From positions 3,712,001 through 3,776,000 of the forward strand of contig OZ253470.1 in assembly GCA_965261735.1 (NCBI GenBank): 64,000 nt of DNA, in the 5' to 3' direction. Shown piece by piece: positions 20,178 to 31,373 of this stretch (the stretch's first letter is position 1; the number at the start of each line of letters is the position of its first letter). The DNA comes from Alphaproteobacteria bacterium (lineage in GTDB: Bacteria; Pseudomonadota; Alphaproteobacteria; SHVV01). The position numbers were made by a program, and so were the translations under genes. A model generated the notes under the pieces. The model saw only the letters and a list, made by a program, of their open reading frames with translations. It searched no databases and had not been told where the DNA came from.

Positions 20178-22119
20178 GTGAGTGTCGACGCCACCCCCCA
20201 GGGCATCCCGGGCCATGTGATCGAGCAGGACTGGGCCGCCTATAGCGATCCCGAGCACGCCGTTTGGCGCACCCTGTTCGCCCGCCAGCAGGTGCTGCTC
20301 GAGGGGCGCGCGGTTCCCGAGTTCACCGAGAATATCGGCCGGCTCGGCCTGGTTGCCGACGGTATTCCCGATTTTCACCGCCTTTCAGAGGTACTGGACG
20401 CTACCACCGGGTGGCGGATCGTGGCCGTACCCGGCCTCATTCCAGACGATGAGTTCTTCAGCCACCTCGCCGCGCGGTGCTTCCCGGCCACCACGTTCAT
20501 CCGACGCCGCGACCAGCTCGACTATCTGCAGGAGCCGGACGTCTTTCACGACGTGTTCGGGCACGTCCCGATGCTACTGAACCCGGTGTTCGCCGACTAC
20601 ATGCAGGCCTACGGGCGCGGTGGCCTCAAGGCGCTACGCCTGGGCGGCCTCACCCACCTCGCCCGCCTCTACTGGTACACGGTCGAGTTCGGCTTGATCC
20701 GCACGCCCGCGGGCTTACGTATCTACGGCTCGGGCATCGTTTCCTCGCGCGGCGAATCGATCTATTGCCTCGAGGCTTGCCTATCCGGTTAATGCCCATG
20801 ACCGCTACATGTAGGGTGCCACCACTCTCCCGAGTAAAGCTCGGCATAGGTTGGAGCAGAGGTGTCGCCCGCGATGCCGAGCAATGAGCGGAAGGCGTTG
20901 AACGGGTAGAACCGCCTGTTGAAGCGGAAGGTGAACTCGTTGAGGTAGGCTTGTAGGTGCTGGTGGCTAACGCCGTGGTGGATACCGATCAGCCACGTCT
21001 TCAGGTTGGCGAAAACCAGATGGATGATCGGCAGGTATTGCTCGGCAACCTCTGGATCACCACGCTCGGCAACAGCGAAGTGCTCATAGCCGCGCTTACC
21101 GAGGCCAGCATAGCCGCTCCAATCGTCAGTAACGATCAGCGATCGCGGCGCGACGGTGCTCTCGACGAACCCACAGAGCGACTCGGCGCTACGGTCGAGC
21201 ACGACGGCGAGCCGAACGCGTCCGGCATAGCGTCCGTCTTTCCGGTTGTCGAGCTTGGTGCCCGGCTTTCGATGACGCACCTCGATGGCACAGGAGACGG
21301 GAACCTTGTGGTGAACACCACGGCCTTCCCCACGCGTTCGCCCGCCAACCCAGGTTTCGTCCACCTCAACATGGTTCTTGGGCTGTCCACCGATCCTGTC
21401 TTGGTTGGGCCGCACCATGCCCGAGCGGAGCTTGTGGAGAATTTGAAAGGCCGTCTCGTAGCGCGAAAGACCAAGTTACCGCTGAAACTGCACGGCGGAC
21501 ATGCCGGGCGTCTGACTGGCGACCAGATAAGCGGCCCAGAACCAGACGTTCAGCGGAGTGTGGCTACGCTCCATCACTGTTCCCACCGTCAGCCCGGTGT
21601 TCTGGCGGCACTTGCGGCAGCGCAGGACGCCAGGGCGGTTTTCAAAGTGGAACGGCTCTCCCGCCGTGCCGCAGTGCGGGCAGGCAAAGCCGTCTCCCCA
21701 GCGGGCTTTCTCCAGGTAGGCGGCGCAGGCCGCATCATCGGGGAAAAGTCGCTGGAACTCGGGTAGCGAATGCGGGAATGGGAGATCGGCGCGGTCGAGA
21801 ACATCCATGGCGCGCTCCCCTATATCCGGGTTGCGCCCATTCTAACCCTAGTGGGTGTGGGTGTAAACCGGATAGGCAAGCCTCGAGGATCCGAAGCCCC
21901 ACCGCGTGGCCTTCGATCTCATGCGCATCATGCGCACCAACTACCGGATCGACGACTACCAGGACGTCTATTTCGTGATCGACAGCTTCGGCCAGTTGTA
22001 CGAGGCGTACGCGCCCCGACTTCACCCCCTATTACGAGACGCTGATGGGCGAGAGCGCGTTCGAGCCCGGCGAACTGCTGTCGAGCGACCGCCTCATCGC
22101 TGCGAATCCGTCGGCATAA
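20178..22119 (+). pseudogene. phhA: Phenylalanine 4-monooxygenase split by IS1595 copy 5, with an additional frameshift (~22007)
   Basis: DYLQEPDVFHDVFGHVP, LARLYWYTVEFGL, MRTNYRIDDYQDVYFVI. Start position is approximate. Confidence 0.92.
20776..21880 (-). mobile_element. IS1595-family copy 5 (1105 bp; nonsense codon in transposase)
   Basis: TSD cctcgagg at 20768-20775 and 21881-21888; CAA>TAA at 21476-21478. Confidence 0.96.
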
Positions 22120-23635
22120 GCCGCGCCCTCAGCTCGGTCTTGAGGACCTTGCCGTAGTTGTTCTTGGGCAGGGAGTCGACGAAGCGGTACGCCTTTGGCC
22201 GCTTGAATCGCGCGATATGCTCGAGGCACAAGCGATCGAGATCGGCCTCGGCCACCGGCTGCCGCGGCCTTGTCACCACGAACGCCACGACGTCCTCGCC
22301 CCATTCGGCGCTGGGGCGCCCCACGACCGAGGCCTCGAGCACGCCCTCGTGGCGCAGCAGCACCTCCTCGATCTCGCGCGGATAGATGTTGGTGCCGCCG
22401 CTGATGATGAGGTCCTTGGAGCGGTCCTTGAGGGTGAGGAAGCCGTCCTCATCGAGCGCGCCGAGGTCCCCGGTATGGAGCCAGCCGGCGCGCAGGGTCT
22501 CGCGCGTCGCCTCGGCATAGCCCCAATAGCCGGCCATGACCACATCGCCGCGCACGACCACCTCACCGATGTCGTCGGGCCCGAGCGGCGCATCGTCCTC
22601 GCCGACGACCGCGACCTCGACGTCGGTGCGGGCAATGCCGGTCGAGGCCAGGCGCTCGGCATGGCGCGGATGGCTCGTATCGGCGTGGTGCGCCTTGGAC
22701 AGCGCGGTGATCGTCATGGGGCTTTCGCCCTGGCCGTAGACCTGGACGATGCGCGGCCCGAGCAGCTCGAGGGCACGCTCGAGATCGGCCACGTACATCG
22801 GGCCACCGCCGTAGATGACGGCCTTGAGGTGGGCGAAATCGGCGCTGGCGGCCGCTGTACTGTTGACCAGGCGCGCCAGCATGGTGGGTGCCGCGAAAAA
22901 GCTCACGTTCGGGTGCACGGCGATGAGGTGCGTGAGCTCTTCCGCGTCGAAATGCCCGCTCTCGGGAACCACGTTGTTGGCGGCGCGCGCGATGTGGGGG
23001 AGGCCGTAGAGGCCCGAGCCATGGGATAGCGGGGCCGCGTGCACGATCGTGTCGCCGCTATCCAGCCAGTCGATGTCGGCGAAGTAGCTGAGCGTCATCA
23101 TCAGGATGTTGCGGTGCGTGAGCGTCGCGCCCTTGGGTCGGCCGGTGGTGCCGCTAGTGTAGAACAGCCACGCTGGCGCCTCGGGCGCGGCGTCCGCTGG
23201 TGCGGCACCGTCGCCGGCGTTCATCCGGGCGTAGTCGGCGCTATCCGTGGAAACCACCGCCGCCAGCGCGGGCACTTCACCCGCCAGCGGTGCGATGGTC
23301 TCGGCGAGATCGGCGCTCACGAAGCACAGCCGGGCGCCCGAGTTGTCGAGGATGTAGGCGAACTCCCGCGCATGCAGCCGCGCGTTGACGGGAACGGCAA
23401 CCAGGCCTGCGCACCAGATGGCGAACAGAGCTTCGTAGAACGCGACCTCGTTGGTCATGGCGATGGCCACGCGATCGCCAGGTGCGAGCCGGTGGTCGTC
23501 TCGCAGGGCGCGGGCGATGGCGGCGGCGCGGCGCGCCAGCTCGGCGTAGGTAGCGTGCACCCGGGTGCCGATGGTGAGCGCCGGCCGATCGCCGTACGAG
23601 CGCGCCGCCTTGATGAGCTGCATCGCCATGTTCAT
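22094..23635 (-). CDS. AMP-binding acyl-CoA synthetase family protein
   Basis: YTSGTTGRPKG, VYGQGE, GWLHTGDLG, LPKNNYGK. Confidence 0.93.
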   Translation of the reverse strand: MNMAMQLIKAARSYGDRPALTIGTRVHATYAELARRAAAIARALRDDHRLAPGDRVAIAMTNEVAFYEALFAIWCAGLVAVPVNARLHAREFAYILDNSGARLCFVSADLAETIAPLAGEVPALAAVVSTDSADYARMNAGDGAAPADAAPEAPAWLFYTSGTTGRPKGATLTHRNILMMTLSYFADIDWLDSGDTIVHAAPLSHGSGLYGLPHIARAANNVVPESGHFDAEELTHLIAVHPNVSFFAAPTMLARLVNSTAAASADFAHLKAVIYGGGPMYVADLERALELLGPRIVQVYGQGESPMTITALSKAHHADTSHPRHAERLASTGIARTDVEVAVVGEDDAPLGPDDIGEVVVRGDVVMAGYWGYAEATRETLRAGWLHTGDLGALDEDGFLTLKDRSKDLIISGGTNIYPREIEEVLLRHEGVLEASVVGRPSAEWGEDVVAFVVTRPRQPVAEADLDRLCLEHIARFKRPKAYRFVDSLPKNNYGKVLKTELRARLMPTDSQR

Positions 23636-23791
23636 GAGCCGTCCCCTGCCCGGCGAAGGGCCGTACGTCCGTTATTTAGACTGTTTGCCCGGCCCTGCCC
23701 AGCCACCGAGCCGACCTTGTCGGGCGCGCTTGCCTTGGCCATGCGATTCGACGAATGATGTGAGCCGTGTCGGCGCATCGCGGAGACGCCC

Positions 23792-24970
23792 ATGTTCGTC
23801 GCCACCAAGGATCGGCCGCTCGCGACCACGATCACCGGCTCGCTGCCGCGGCCGAGCTGGTACACGGCCAACCTCGACGGCCGGGCCTTCTCCGTGGCCA
23901 TGGCCGACCGCACCTTCCGCGAGCAGTATCTCGATGCCTTGGCGGTCTACGTCATCGACCAGACGCGGGCCGGTCTCGATATCCTCGTCGACGGGGACGC
24001 CCGCCTCGATGACGGAGTCGCCGGGCGCGGCTGGTTCGCCTACGTCACCGAACGCCTCTCGGGCCTCGCCGCGCCGCACATGAGCCACCACCCGGCGGTG
24101 AGCGGGCGCGACAAGGCCCCGGGCGACATCTTCTACGAGGTCATGGAGACGCGGCTACCGCCCCGCGTCGTCGACAAGGTCGGGCGCGGTGCGCTCGACT
24201 ACGACCGCGTGTGGAAGGCGATCCAGGCCATGGCGGCGCGGCCGGTGAAGTTCGGCGGCATCTCCGGCCAGCTGCTCGAGGGTCTCCTCACCAACGAGCA
24301 CTACGGCGATCGCCGCGACCTGGTGACGGATATCTCGACCGCGCTCAATGACGAATACCACGTGCTGGCGGACGCCGGCTGTCCGGTCATTCAGATCGAG
24401 GAGCCGGCCATCCACGGCCGCGTCGGTCTCGTCGAGGATGCGATCCTCACGCCCGACTTCTACGTCGACGCCTTCAACGCCGAGGTCAAGGGACTGCGCG
24501 CCAAGACCGAGGTGTGGTGTCACACCTGCTGGGGCAGCCCGGCCGCGCAACGGGTCGAGCACGGGCACATGAGCTACCGCGAGTCGCTGCCCTATCTCGA
24601 CCGGCTCGACGTCGACGTTATCACCTTCGAGGGCCGGGAGAACGAGGGCGCCGACCTCGAGCTCATCGGTAGGCTCGTTGGCAAGGACAAGAAGGTCGCG
24701 ATCGGCGTGGTCAGCCACCGCACGCTACAGGTCGAACGGCCGGAGGAGGTCGCCGACCTCGTGCGCAAGGCGCTCGAGCACATCGAGCCCGAGCGCCTCA
24801 TCCTGTCGACCGATTGCGGCTTCGGACGCCAGGGCATGAGCCGCATGCACGCCTTCTACAAGATGGTCTCGATCGTGCGCGGCGCCAACATCGTGCGCCG
24901 CGAGCTCGGGCTCGACGAGGTACCCGTGCCCGCCGCCGACCCGAGGTTCGCGCTGCTACCGGTGGGGTGA
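23792..24970 (+). CDS. Cobalamin-independent methionine synthase II family protein
   Basis: TTITGSLPRP, VIQIEEP, HTCWG, STDCGFG (Zn-ligand pattern H-x-C...C). Confidence 0.85.
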   Translation: MFVATKDRPLATTITGSLPRPSWYTANLDGRAFSVAMADRTFREQYLDALAVYVIDQTRAGLDILVDGDARLDDGVAGRGWFAYVTERLSGLAAPHMSHHPAVSGRDKAPGDIFYEVMETRLPPRVVDKVGRGALDYDRVWKAIQAMAARPVKFGGISGQLLEGLLTNEHYGDRRDLVTDISTALNDEYHVLADAGCPVIQIEEPAIHGRVGLVEDAILTPDFYVDAFNAEVKGLRAKTEVWCHTCWGSPAAQRVEHGHMSYRESLPYLDRLDVDVITFEGRENEGADLELIGRLVGKDKKVAIGVVSHRTLQVERPEEVADLVRKALEHIEPERLILSTDCGFGRQGMSRMHAFYKMVSIVRGANIVRRELGLDEVPVPAADPRFALLPVG

Positions 24971-25054
24971 GGCGCCGTCGTTGGCCGGGTTCGAACGCAC
25001 TCCGCTGGAGCGGGGCGATCGTGACCTGTTTTGTCGCGAGCAAACGGTTTGTAT

Positions 25055-26159
25055 ATCGAGCGGGACGGGCAGAGCTGGTTCCGGGTCGCGGTGACGCCGA
25101 AGACGATCATGACCTCGCTCGGTCCGGTGACCTACCGGCGAGCGCGTTACCGCAGCGGCGCGAGCGGGGCATCGCCGGTGCCGGTCGACGAGAGCCTGGG
25201 CCTCGTCGACTATTACCTGACGCGGCCAGCCTGACCCTGAGCATGCACGAATGCTGGGAGAGCCTCGGCCCGGAGACGCTGGGCAGCATCCGTGAGGCCG
25301 AGGGCATACCGCAGGACGCGACCACCGCCTCGGTCTCCCTCGACGGCGTCATGGTGCCGCTGAGACCCGGCGAGGACGGTCGCGCCAAGGCCCCCTGGCG
25401 CGAGGCCGCCTGCGGCACGGTCTCCTTCCACGACGCCGAGGGCAAGCGCCTGAAGACCCTCTATCTCGGCCCCATGCCGGAGAGCGGCAAGCTCACGCTG
25501 AAGGCGCAGCTTGCAAGCGAAGTCGCACACATCAGGCGAGCACGCCCCGAGATCGGGATCGTCGCTATCGCCGATGGCGCCGCCGACAACTGGACCTTCC
25601 TGGAGACCCTGTCGCCCGAAACCGAGGTGATCGACTTCTGGCATGCTTGCGAACATCTGCAAACCGCGTCCGACCATGCCGTGGCGCCCGGCTGGTTCGA
25701 GAAGTACCGCGAGATCCTCCGTCACGATCCCCGTGGCGTCGCCAAGGTGATCCGGGCGCTGCGCCACCTTCGCGATGCCGCCGCTGCGCCGGACCGGGCC
25801 GAGACCGAGCGGGAACTCGCCTTCTTCCGCAAGCATCGCCATCGCATGCGCTACCACGCCCTGAAGGAAGAGGGCATCGCCATCGGCTCAGGCGTGGTCG
25901 AGGCTGCCAACAAGATCCCTGGTGACACAGCGCATGAAGCGCTCCGGCATGCGCTGGCGGATCGTCGGCGGACAGGCTGTTCTGACCTTCCGCGCCCTGA
26001 TCAAATCCGGCCGCTTCGAGCGCGCATGGAAGGCCCTGATCAGCGCAACCGACACACCGGCCAACGACAACATCAGTCCACGTGCAGCAGCCATGGCAAT
26101 CGCTGCCTGAACTCAACGAACCAAGCCGCAGACATCACTGCCATGCGAGACTCGCACCC
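25055..26159 (+). mobile_element. ISKra4-like element, 5'-truncated copy
   Basis: Nearly identical to 34745-36380. SLDGVMVP, ADGAADNW, IDFWHACEHL, IGSGVVEAANK; terminal ccatgcgagactcgcaccc. Confidence 0.85.
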
Positions 26160-27924
26160 GTTCTACGTCACTTACGACCCTTGTTGTTCCTCAGTCTTCC
26201 CACCCAATGTCGAATTCTTCAAACGCTTGCCCGATCAGTCAAAAATGGCCGTCACATCGACCGGATCAATAGAAACGACACCGCTGGATCCCTGCCTATC
26301 CGGTTAACGCCCATGACCGCTACATGTAGGGTGCCACCACTCTCCCGAGTAAAGCTCGGCATAGGTTGGAGCAGAGGTGTCGCCCGCGATGCCGAGCAAT
26401 GAGCGGAAGGCGTTGAACGGGTAGAACCGCCTGTTGAAGCGGAAGGTGAACTCGTTGAGGTAGGCTTGTAGGTGCTGGTGGCTAACGCCGTGGTGGATAC
26501 CGATCAGCCACGTCTTCAGGTTGGCGAAAACCAGATGGATGATCGGCAGGTATTGCTCGGCAACCTCTGGATCACCACACTCGGCAACAGCGAAGTGCTC
26601 ATAGCCGCGCTTCCCGAGGCCAGCATAGCCGCTCCAATCGTCAGTAACGATCAGCGATCGCGGCGCGACGGTGCTCTCGACGAACCCACAGAGCGACTCG
26701 GCGCTACGGTCGAGCACGACGGCGAGCCGAACGCGTCCGGCATAGCGTCCGTCTTTCCGGTTGTCGAGCTTGGTGCCCGGCTTTCGATGACGCACCTCGA
26801 TGGCACAGGAGACGGGAACCTTGTGGTGAACACCACGGCCTTCCCCACGCGTTCGCCCGCCAACCCAGGTTTCGTCCACCTCAACATGGTTCTTGGGCTG
26901 TCCACCGATCCTGTCTTGGTTGGGCCGCACCATGCCCGAGCGGAGCTTGTGGAGAATTTGAAAGGCCGTCTCGTAGCGCGAAAGACCAAGTTGCCGCTGA
27001 AACTGCACGGCGGACATGCCGGGCGTCTGACTGGCGACCAGATAAGCGGCCCAGAACCAGACGTTCAGCGGAGTGTGGCTACGCTCCATCACTGTTCCCA
27101 CCGTCAGCCCGGTGTTCTGGCGGCACTTGCGGCAGCGCAGGACGCCAGGGCGGTTTTCAAAGTGGAACGGCTCTCCCGCCGTGCCGCAGTGCGGGCAGGC
27201 AAAGCCGTCTCCCCAGCGGGCTTTCTCCAGGTAGGCGGCGCAGGCCGCATCATCGGGGAAAAGTCGCTGGAACTCGGGTAGCGAATGCGGGAATGGGAGA
27301 TCGGCGCGGTCGAGAACATCCATGGCGCGCTCCCCTATATCCGGGTTGCGCCCATTCTAACCCTAGTGGGTGTGGGTGTAAACCGGATAGGCAAGGCTGG
27401 ATCTTTGGTCGGCCGCCAACAATATTGTTTTCGACTTCATATCCATCGACACGCAAGGCGGCGAACTTGCGGTGCTCGAGGGCGCAGCCCAACACCTCCA
27501 AGACGCGATCATCGGCGCCGTGGTGGAGGTCGAGTTCGTGGAACTCTACAAAGGGCAGCCGCTGTTCTCCGACGTGGAAGCGTTCATGAGGGATCTGGGG
27601 TTTACGCTCTTCGATCTTGATATCCGACGTTGGCGACGCCGCGACTTGCCAACTGGTTCTATTCCGGGACGCCAATCGGGGCAAATCGTGTGGGCCGATG
27701 GACTGTGGCTGAAGGATCCATTGGATAAGGCGAACGCCGATGCGACGTGGGCATGCGATCAAGCGACGAAGCTTGTGGTGTTGGCGGAGTTGTTTGGCCT
27801 TCCGGACTATGCGATTGAGCTGACCGAGCACTTCGGCGAGCGGTCGGTTTTCAGCCGCGATCGTGTCGCCGCGTTCGTGCGATGTCTGACGGCCAACCAA
27901 CCGGTATCGCGCCGATTACGCTGA
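26160..27924 (+). pseudogene. FkbM-family methyltransferase remnant (5' end lost, split by IS1595 copy 6)
   Basis: IETTPLD|LW...DFISIDTQGGELAVLEGA...EVEFVELYKGQPLFSDVEAFM is in one frame after removing the IS. Confidence 0.85.
26291..27395 (-). mobile_element. IS1595-family copy 6, complete with intact 339-aa transposase (26304-27323)
   Basis: TSD gctggatc at 26283-26290 and 27396-27403. Confidence 0.97.
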
Positions 27925-27975
27925 TCACGCAAATTGCGTTCGTCCAAGTCTTCCAGACAACACCGTTCTCGCACC

Positions 27976-28956
27976 CTATTTTGTGCCAAGCACAGCCTCC
28001 ACGCGATCGTTGTCGGCAGTCCATAGGGCCTTCGACTTGAAATAGGTGACCGCACCGGGGTGGTAGGGAATGGGGTTCGTCGGTGCGCCGACCAGGCTGG
28101 CCGCCCCCGTTCGCAACACCGGATGTTCCGCCTGCAACGCGGTGAAGCTCTCGTGGAGCGCCTTGGCCACGGCGCCGGTAACAGCGTCGGGCGCCAGCGC
28201 GGCCCCGATCAGAAACACGTCGAACCCGACCACGAGAATCTTCTTGTCGAGAACCGCCAGCCTTTTTGCCGGCTCGACTTCTATCGTGTAGAGGCCCGGG
28301 GTGTGCTTGCCGAGAAAGTCGTCGGTGGCGTTGGGTCTAATGAGCGTTACGTAGCTCACCCCGCCGGCGATCTCCTTGGTGAGACGCCGCACGAGGGGTA
28401 CGCCGACCGCGATCGGGATGACGTCGATCTCGCCGCGGACCAGCTGGCTCACGGCTTCGCCGAGGCTCTGAACGGCGGTCGCGCGCACGTCCCTATCGCG
28501 CAATCCGACGGTCGACAGGATGGCCCGGTTAACCGCGCCCAATGCCGGATCGTTGGCGACGTCGAGCACCATGCGCTTGCCGCGTAAGCCGACCACGCTC
28601 TCGATACGCAGGCTCGCTCGCGCCAGGAACGTGTAGCGAATGGGCCAGAGCCGGGCCAAGGCCCGCACGTCGCCGAAGCGGCGGCACCCGCCGTCACCCG
28701 CGAGCTCGGCGGCAGAGAGGCCGGTCGCGAAGCCGACCGTTACCTGGTTCTCATTGATAAGCGCCAGATAATCCGACCACCGCCCGAACGACTTGACTTG
28801 CGCGGCCGTTTCGGAGCCGCCCGCGAGGATATCGGCCAGCGCCACGCCGAGCCGGTGAAAGCTCGAGCCCTCGGGGCGGGTGGCAATGGTAATGGGTTCG
28901 GCACGACCGGGCGCGGCGACGGTTTGCCCGGCAACAACCAGGATCAGGCCGAGCAC
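27976..28956 (-). CDS. TAXI-family TRAP transporter solute receptor
   Basis: ITIATRPEGSSFH, GLRGKR, IPYHPGAVTYFK. Start uncertain. Confidence 0.82.
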   Translation of the reverse strand: MLGLILVVAGQTVAAPGRAEPITIATRPEGSSFHRLGVALADILAGGSETAAQVKSFGRWSDYLALINENQVTVGFATGLSAAELAGDGGCRRFGDVRALARLWPIRYTFLARASLRIESVVGLRGKRMVLDVANDPALGAVNRAILSTVGLRDRDVRATAVQSLGEAVSQLVRGEIDVIPIAVGVPLVRRLTKEIAGGVSYVTLIRPNATDDFLGKHTPGLYTIEVEPAKRLAVLDKKILVVGFDVFLIGAALAPDAVTGAVAKALHESFTALQAEHPVLRTGAASLVGAPTNPIPYHPGAVTYFKSKALWTADNDRVEAVLGTK

Positions 28957-29068
28957 GATAATGGCGAGCCGCCGGTGCCGGCCGGCGTGCGGGCTGGTGT
29001 ACGGCGGGAAGGCTCGACGCTGGGGGCATGGGCCGTAAGCTGATCATGATCGGCGCGGCCCGCAAGCG

Positions 29069-30010
29069 CTATCTCGATGCCTGGGTTCGCGACAGAAACC
29101 CCTCGAGGGCCCCCATCACCTCGGCGGCCGGGAGCTCGTTCAGGCGGTCGCGGCGTAGGACCTCGACGGCGGTCCCGCGCGGTGCCGTCACCGCCGGGTC
29201 GGAATCGCGCGAGAACAATACCACCGAGGGGCAGCCGGCCGCGATCAGGTGCATCGGCCCCGTATCGTTGCCGACCGCCGCGAGTGCTTCGCGAGCCAAC
29301 ACTGCGACGTCCTCGAGTGTTGTCCTCTCGCACAGGTTGATGGCCCCCGGCTCGCGCCCAGCGATGTCGCCGAGTGCCGCGCGCTCGGCCCCGCCACCGA
29401 TCAGCACCGGCGCGATTCCGCGCCCCGCCAACCATGCCGCGACCTCGCCGTAGGCTGCCGCCGGCCAGCGCTTGCCGGGTCGGTGCGCCGCGCCGCCCGG
29501 CACCAGCAGGACGTAGCGCGCGGGCAGGGCGAAGCGGCCCACCTCGGCGCTGATGAAGCCGAGATCGCCGTGCGGAGTCTCGCCGATGCCGGCCATCGCC
29601 AGCTGTTCGGCTTGGCGCTCGATCGTGTGCAGCGAATCGCGTGCCGGGTTGGCGTGCGGGTGCGAACAGCCGGGCGCGATGCCCGACCACTCCGGGTGGC
29701 GGGCGAGCGTCATGAGGCGGAAATAGAGATGGGTTCGATCGGAGTGCTGGAGATCATACACGCGTGCGAACCGGGCGCGCCATAGGCGTGTCGCGGTGTT
29801 GAGCCAAGCGGCCAGCCGCCACGCCTTGGCGCGGGGGTCGATCCACACTTCATCGAAGCAGCCGCAGGCGTTGGCGAGCCCGGCGAAGGGGGCTGTCGTG
29901 AGCAGCGTGATATGGTCCGCGGCGTGGTGGGCGCGGATCGCCCGAAAGGGCCCGAGCGCGAGGACGAAGTCGCCGAGCGCGCCGTGCTTGATGACGAGAA
30001 TGCGCGGCAC
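29069..30010 (-). CDS. Glycosyltransferase family 9 (LPS heptosyltransferase-like)
   Basis: ILVIKHGALGDFV, KRWP, VGNDTGPMHL. Confidence 0.92.
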   Translation of the reverse strand: MPRILVIKHGALGDFVLALGPFRAIRAHHAADHITLLTTAPFAGLANACGCFDEVWIDPRAKAWRLAAWLNTATRLWRARFARVYDLQHSDRTHLYFRLMTLARHPEWSGIAPGCSHPHANPARDSLHTIERQAEQLAMAGIGETPHGDLGFISAEVGRFALPARYVLLVPGGAAHRPGKRWPAAAYGEVAAWLAGRGIAPVLIGGGAERAALGDIAGREPGAINLCERTTLEDVAVLAREALAAVGNDTGPMHLIAAGCPSVVLFSRDSDPAVTAPRGTAVEVLRRDRLNELPAAEVMGALEGFLSRTQASR

Positions 30011-30045
30011 CTGGGAGCCCGGTTCAAGCGGCGGCCGAGGCAGCG

Positions 30046-31218
30046 TCAGTGCAGGCTGTCGTAATAGGCCTGCAGCACCTCGACCACCTCGGGCCGACTG
30101 TACTCGGCAGGAATCGTCTCGTGGTTGGCGAACATTTCCCGCAGCCGGGTACCGGAGATATCAAGCCGATCGCCCTCCAGGGGCGGGCAGGTGCGTCCCG
30201 TGACGATGCCCTGGCAGCGATAGCTGTAGAACGCCGCATCGAATCGGATGGGTTGGATGTCGAGCGTGCCGGTGCCGATGGTATCGAAGATGTGGTGGGC
30301 GTCGAGCGGCCCGTAGTAGTTGCCAACGCCAGCATGATCGCGGCCCACCACGAGGTGCGAGCAGCCGAAGTTCTGGCGGAAAACGGCGTGAAGCAGGGCC
30401 TCGCGTGGCCCCGCATAGCGCATCTCGATCGGATAGCCGGCCTGTACGCAGGTGTCCGGGGCAAAGTAGTTCCGGACGAGCACGTCGATCGCCTTGACCC
30501 GCACCTCGGCCGGGATGTCACCGGGCTTGAGCGCCCCGAGCACCTGGTGGATGAGCAACCCATCGCAAATCTCGATCGCCACTTTGGCGAGGTACTCGTG
30601 GCTGCGGTGCATCGGGTTGCGCGTCTGGAAGGCGGCCACCCGCGACCAGCCCTTGCCCTCGAACAGGGCCCGGGTCTCGCTCGGGCGCAGGTACAACTCA
30701 GGATAGGCCTCGGGATAGCGCCCCTCCGACAGGGCGACGACGGGGCCGGCCAGGTTGACCTCGCCCTGCTCGACGATGCCATGCACGCCCGGGTGATCCC
30801 GATCGCGCGTGAGGTAAACCGCGTCGCATTCGAACCCCTTGTCGATCGCGTATTTCTGCTCGAGCGTCAGGATGCCCATGAGCTCGCCGCCTGCGCCATC
30901 GGTGAGGGCCACTTCGTCGCCCTCGGTGAGGGCCGCGGCGGCCTCGGCGGAGCACGAGAGCGTGATCGGAATCGGCCAGAACAGGCCGTCGGAGAGTCGC
31001 ATGTCGGCGCACGCACCGCGCCAGTCCGTCTCGCCCATGAAGCCGCGTAGCGGCGTATAGGCGCCCATCCCCAGCATCAACAGGTCCGAGACCTCGCGGC
31101 TGGTCATGGCCAGGGTGCGAAGGCCGCGCGCCTTCTCGCGCAAGCTCTCGCGCTCGTCCGCCGCGGCCATAAGGGGCGTGAGCTCGCCGCCGCCGTGCGG
31201 AGCCAACAACCTCGACAT
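30046..31218 (-). CDS. sat: Sulfate adenylyltransferase (Sat-type ATP sulfurylase)
   Basis: PHGG, FQTRNPMHRSHE, YAGPREALLHA, VGRDHAGVG, ISGTRLR. Start taken at MSRLLAPHGG. Confidence 0.95.
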   Translation of the reverse strand: MSRLLAPHGGGELTPLMAAADERESLREKARGLRTLAMTSREVSDLLMLGMGAYTPLRGFMGETDWRGACADMRLSDGLFWPIPITLSCSAEAAAALTEGDEVALTDGAGGELMGILTLEQKYAIDKGFECDAVYLTRDRDHPGVHGIVEQGEVNLAGPVVALSEGRYPEAYPELYLRPSETRALFEGKGWSRVAAFQTRNPMHRSHEYLAKVAIEICDGLLIHQVLGALKPGDIPAEVRVKAIDVLVRNYFAPDTCVQAGYPIEMRYAGPREALLHAVFRQNFGCSHLVVGRDHAGVGNYYGPLDAHHIFDTIGTGTLDIQPIRFDAAFYSYRCQGIVTGRTCPPLEGDRLDISGTRLREMFANHETIPAEYSRPEVVEVLQAYYDSLH

Positions 31219-31373
31219 CGACTTGACCCCTCTCCGGCTCCGCGGCGCGCCCTGCGCGAGCGCCAACCCGGCGCGTGAACAAACACGGATGTGTGTTATG
31301 TGTCCAACACAATTCACCCGCTCCAAGGCGGTGCGCCGGCGCTGCCGGCGCAGGCCCTTGCTTCGACTCCGAG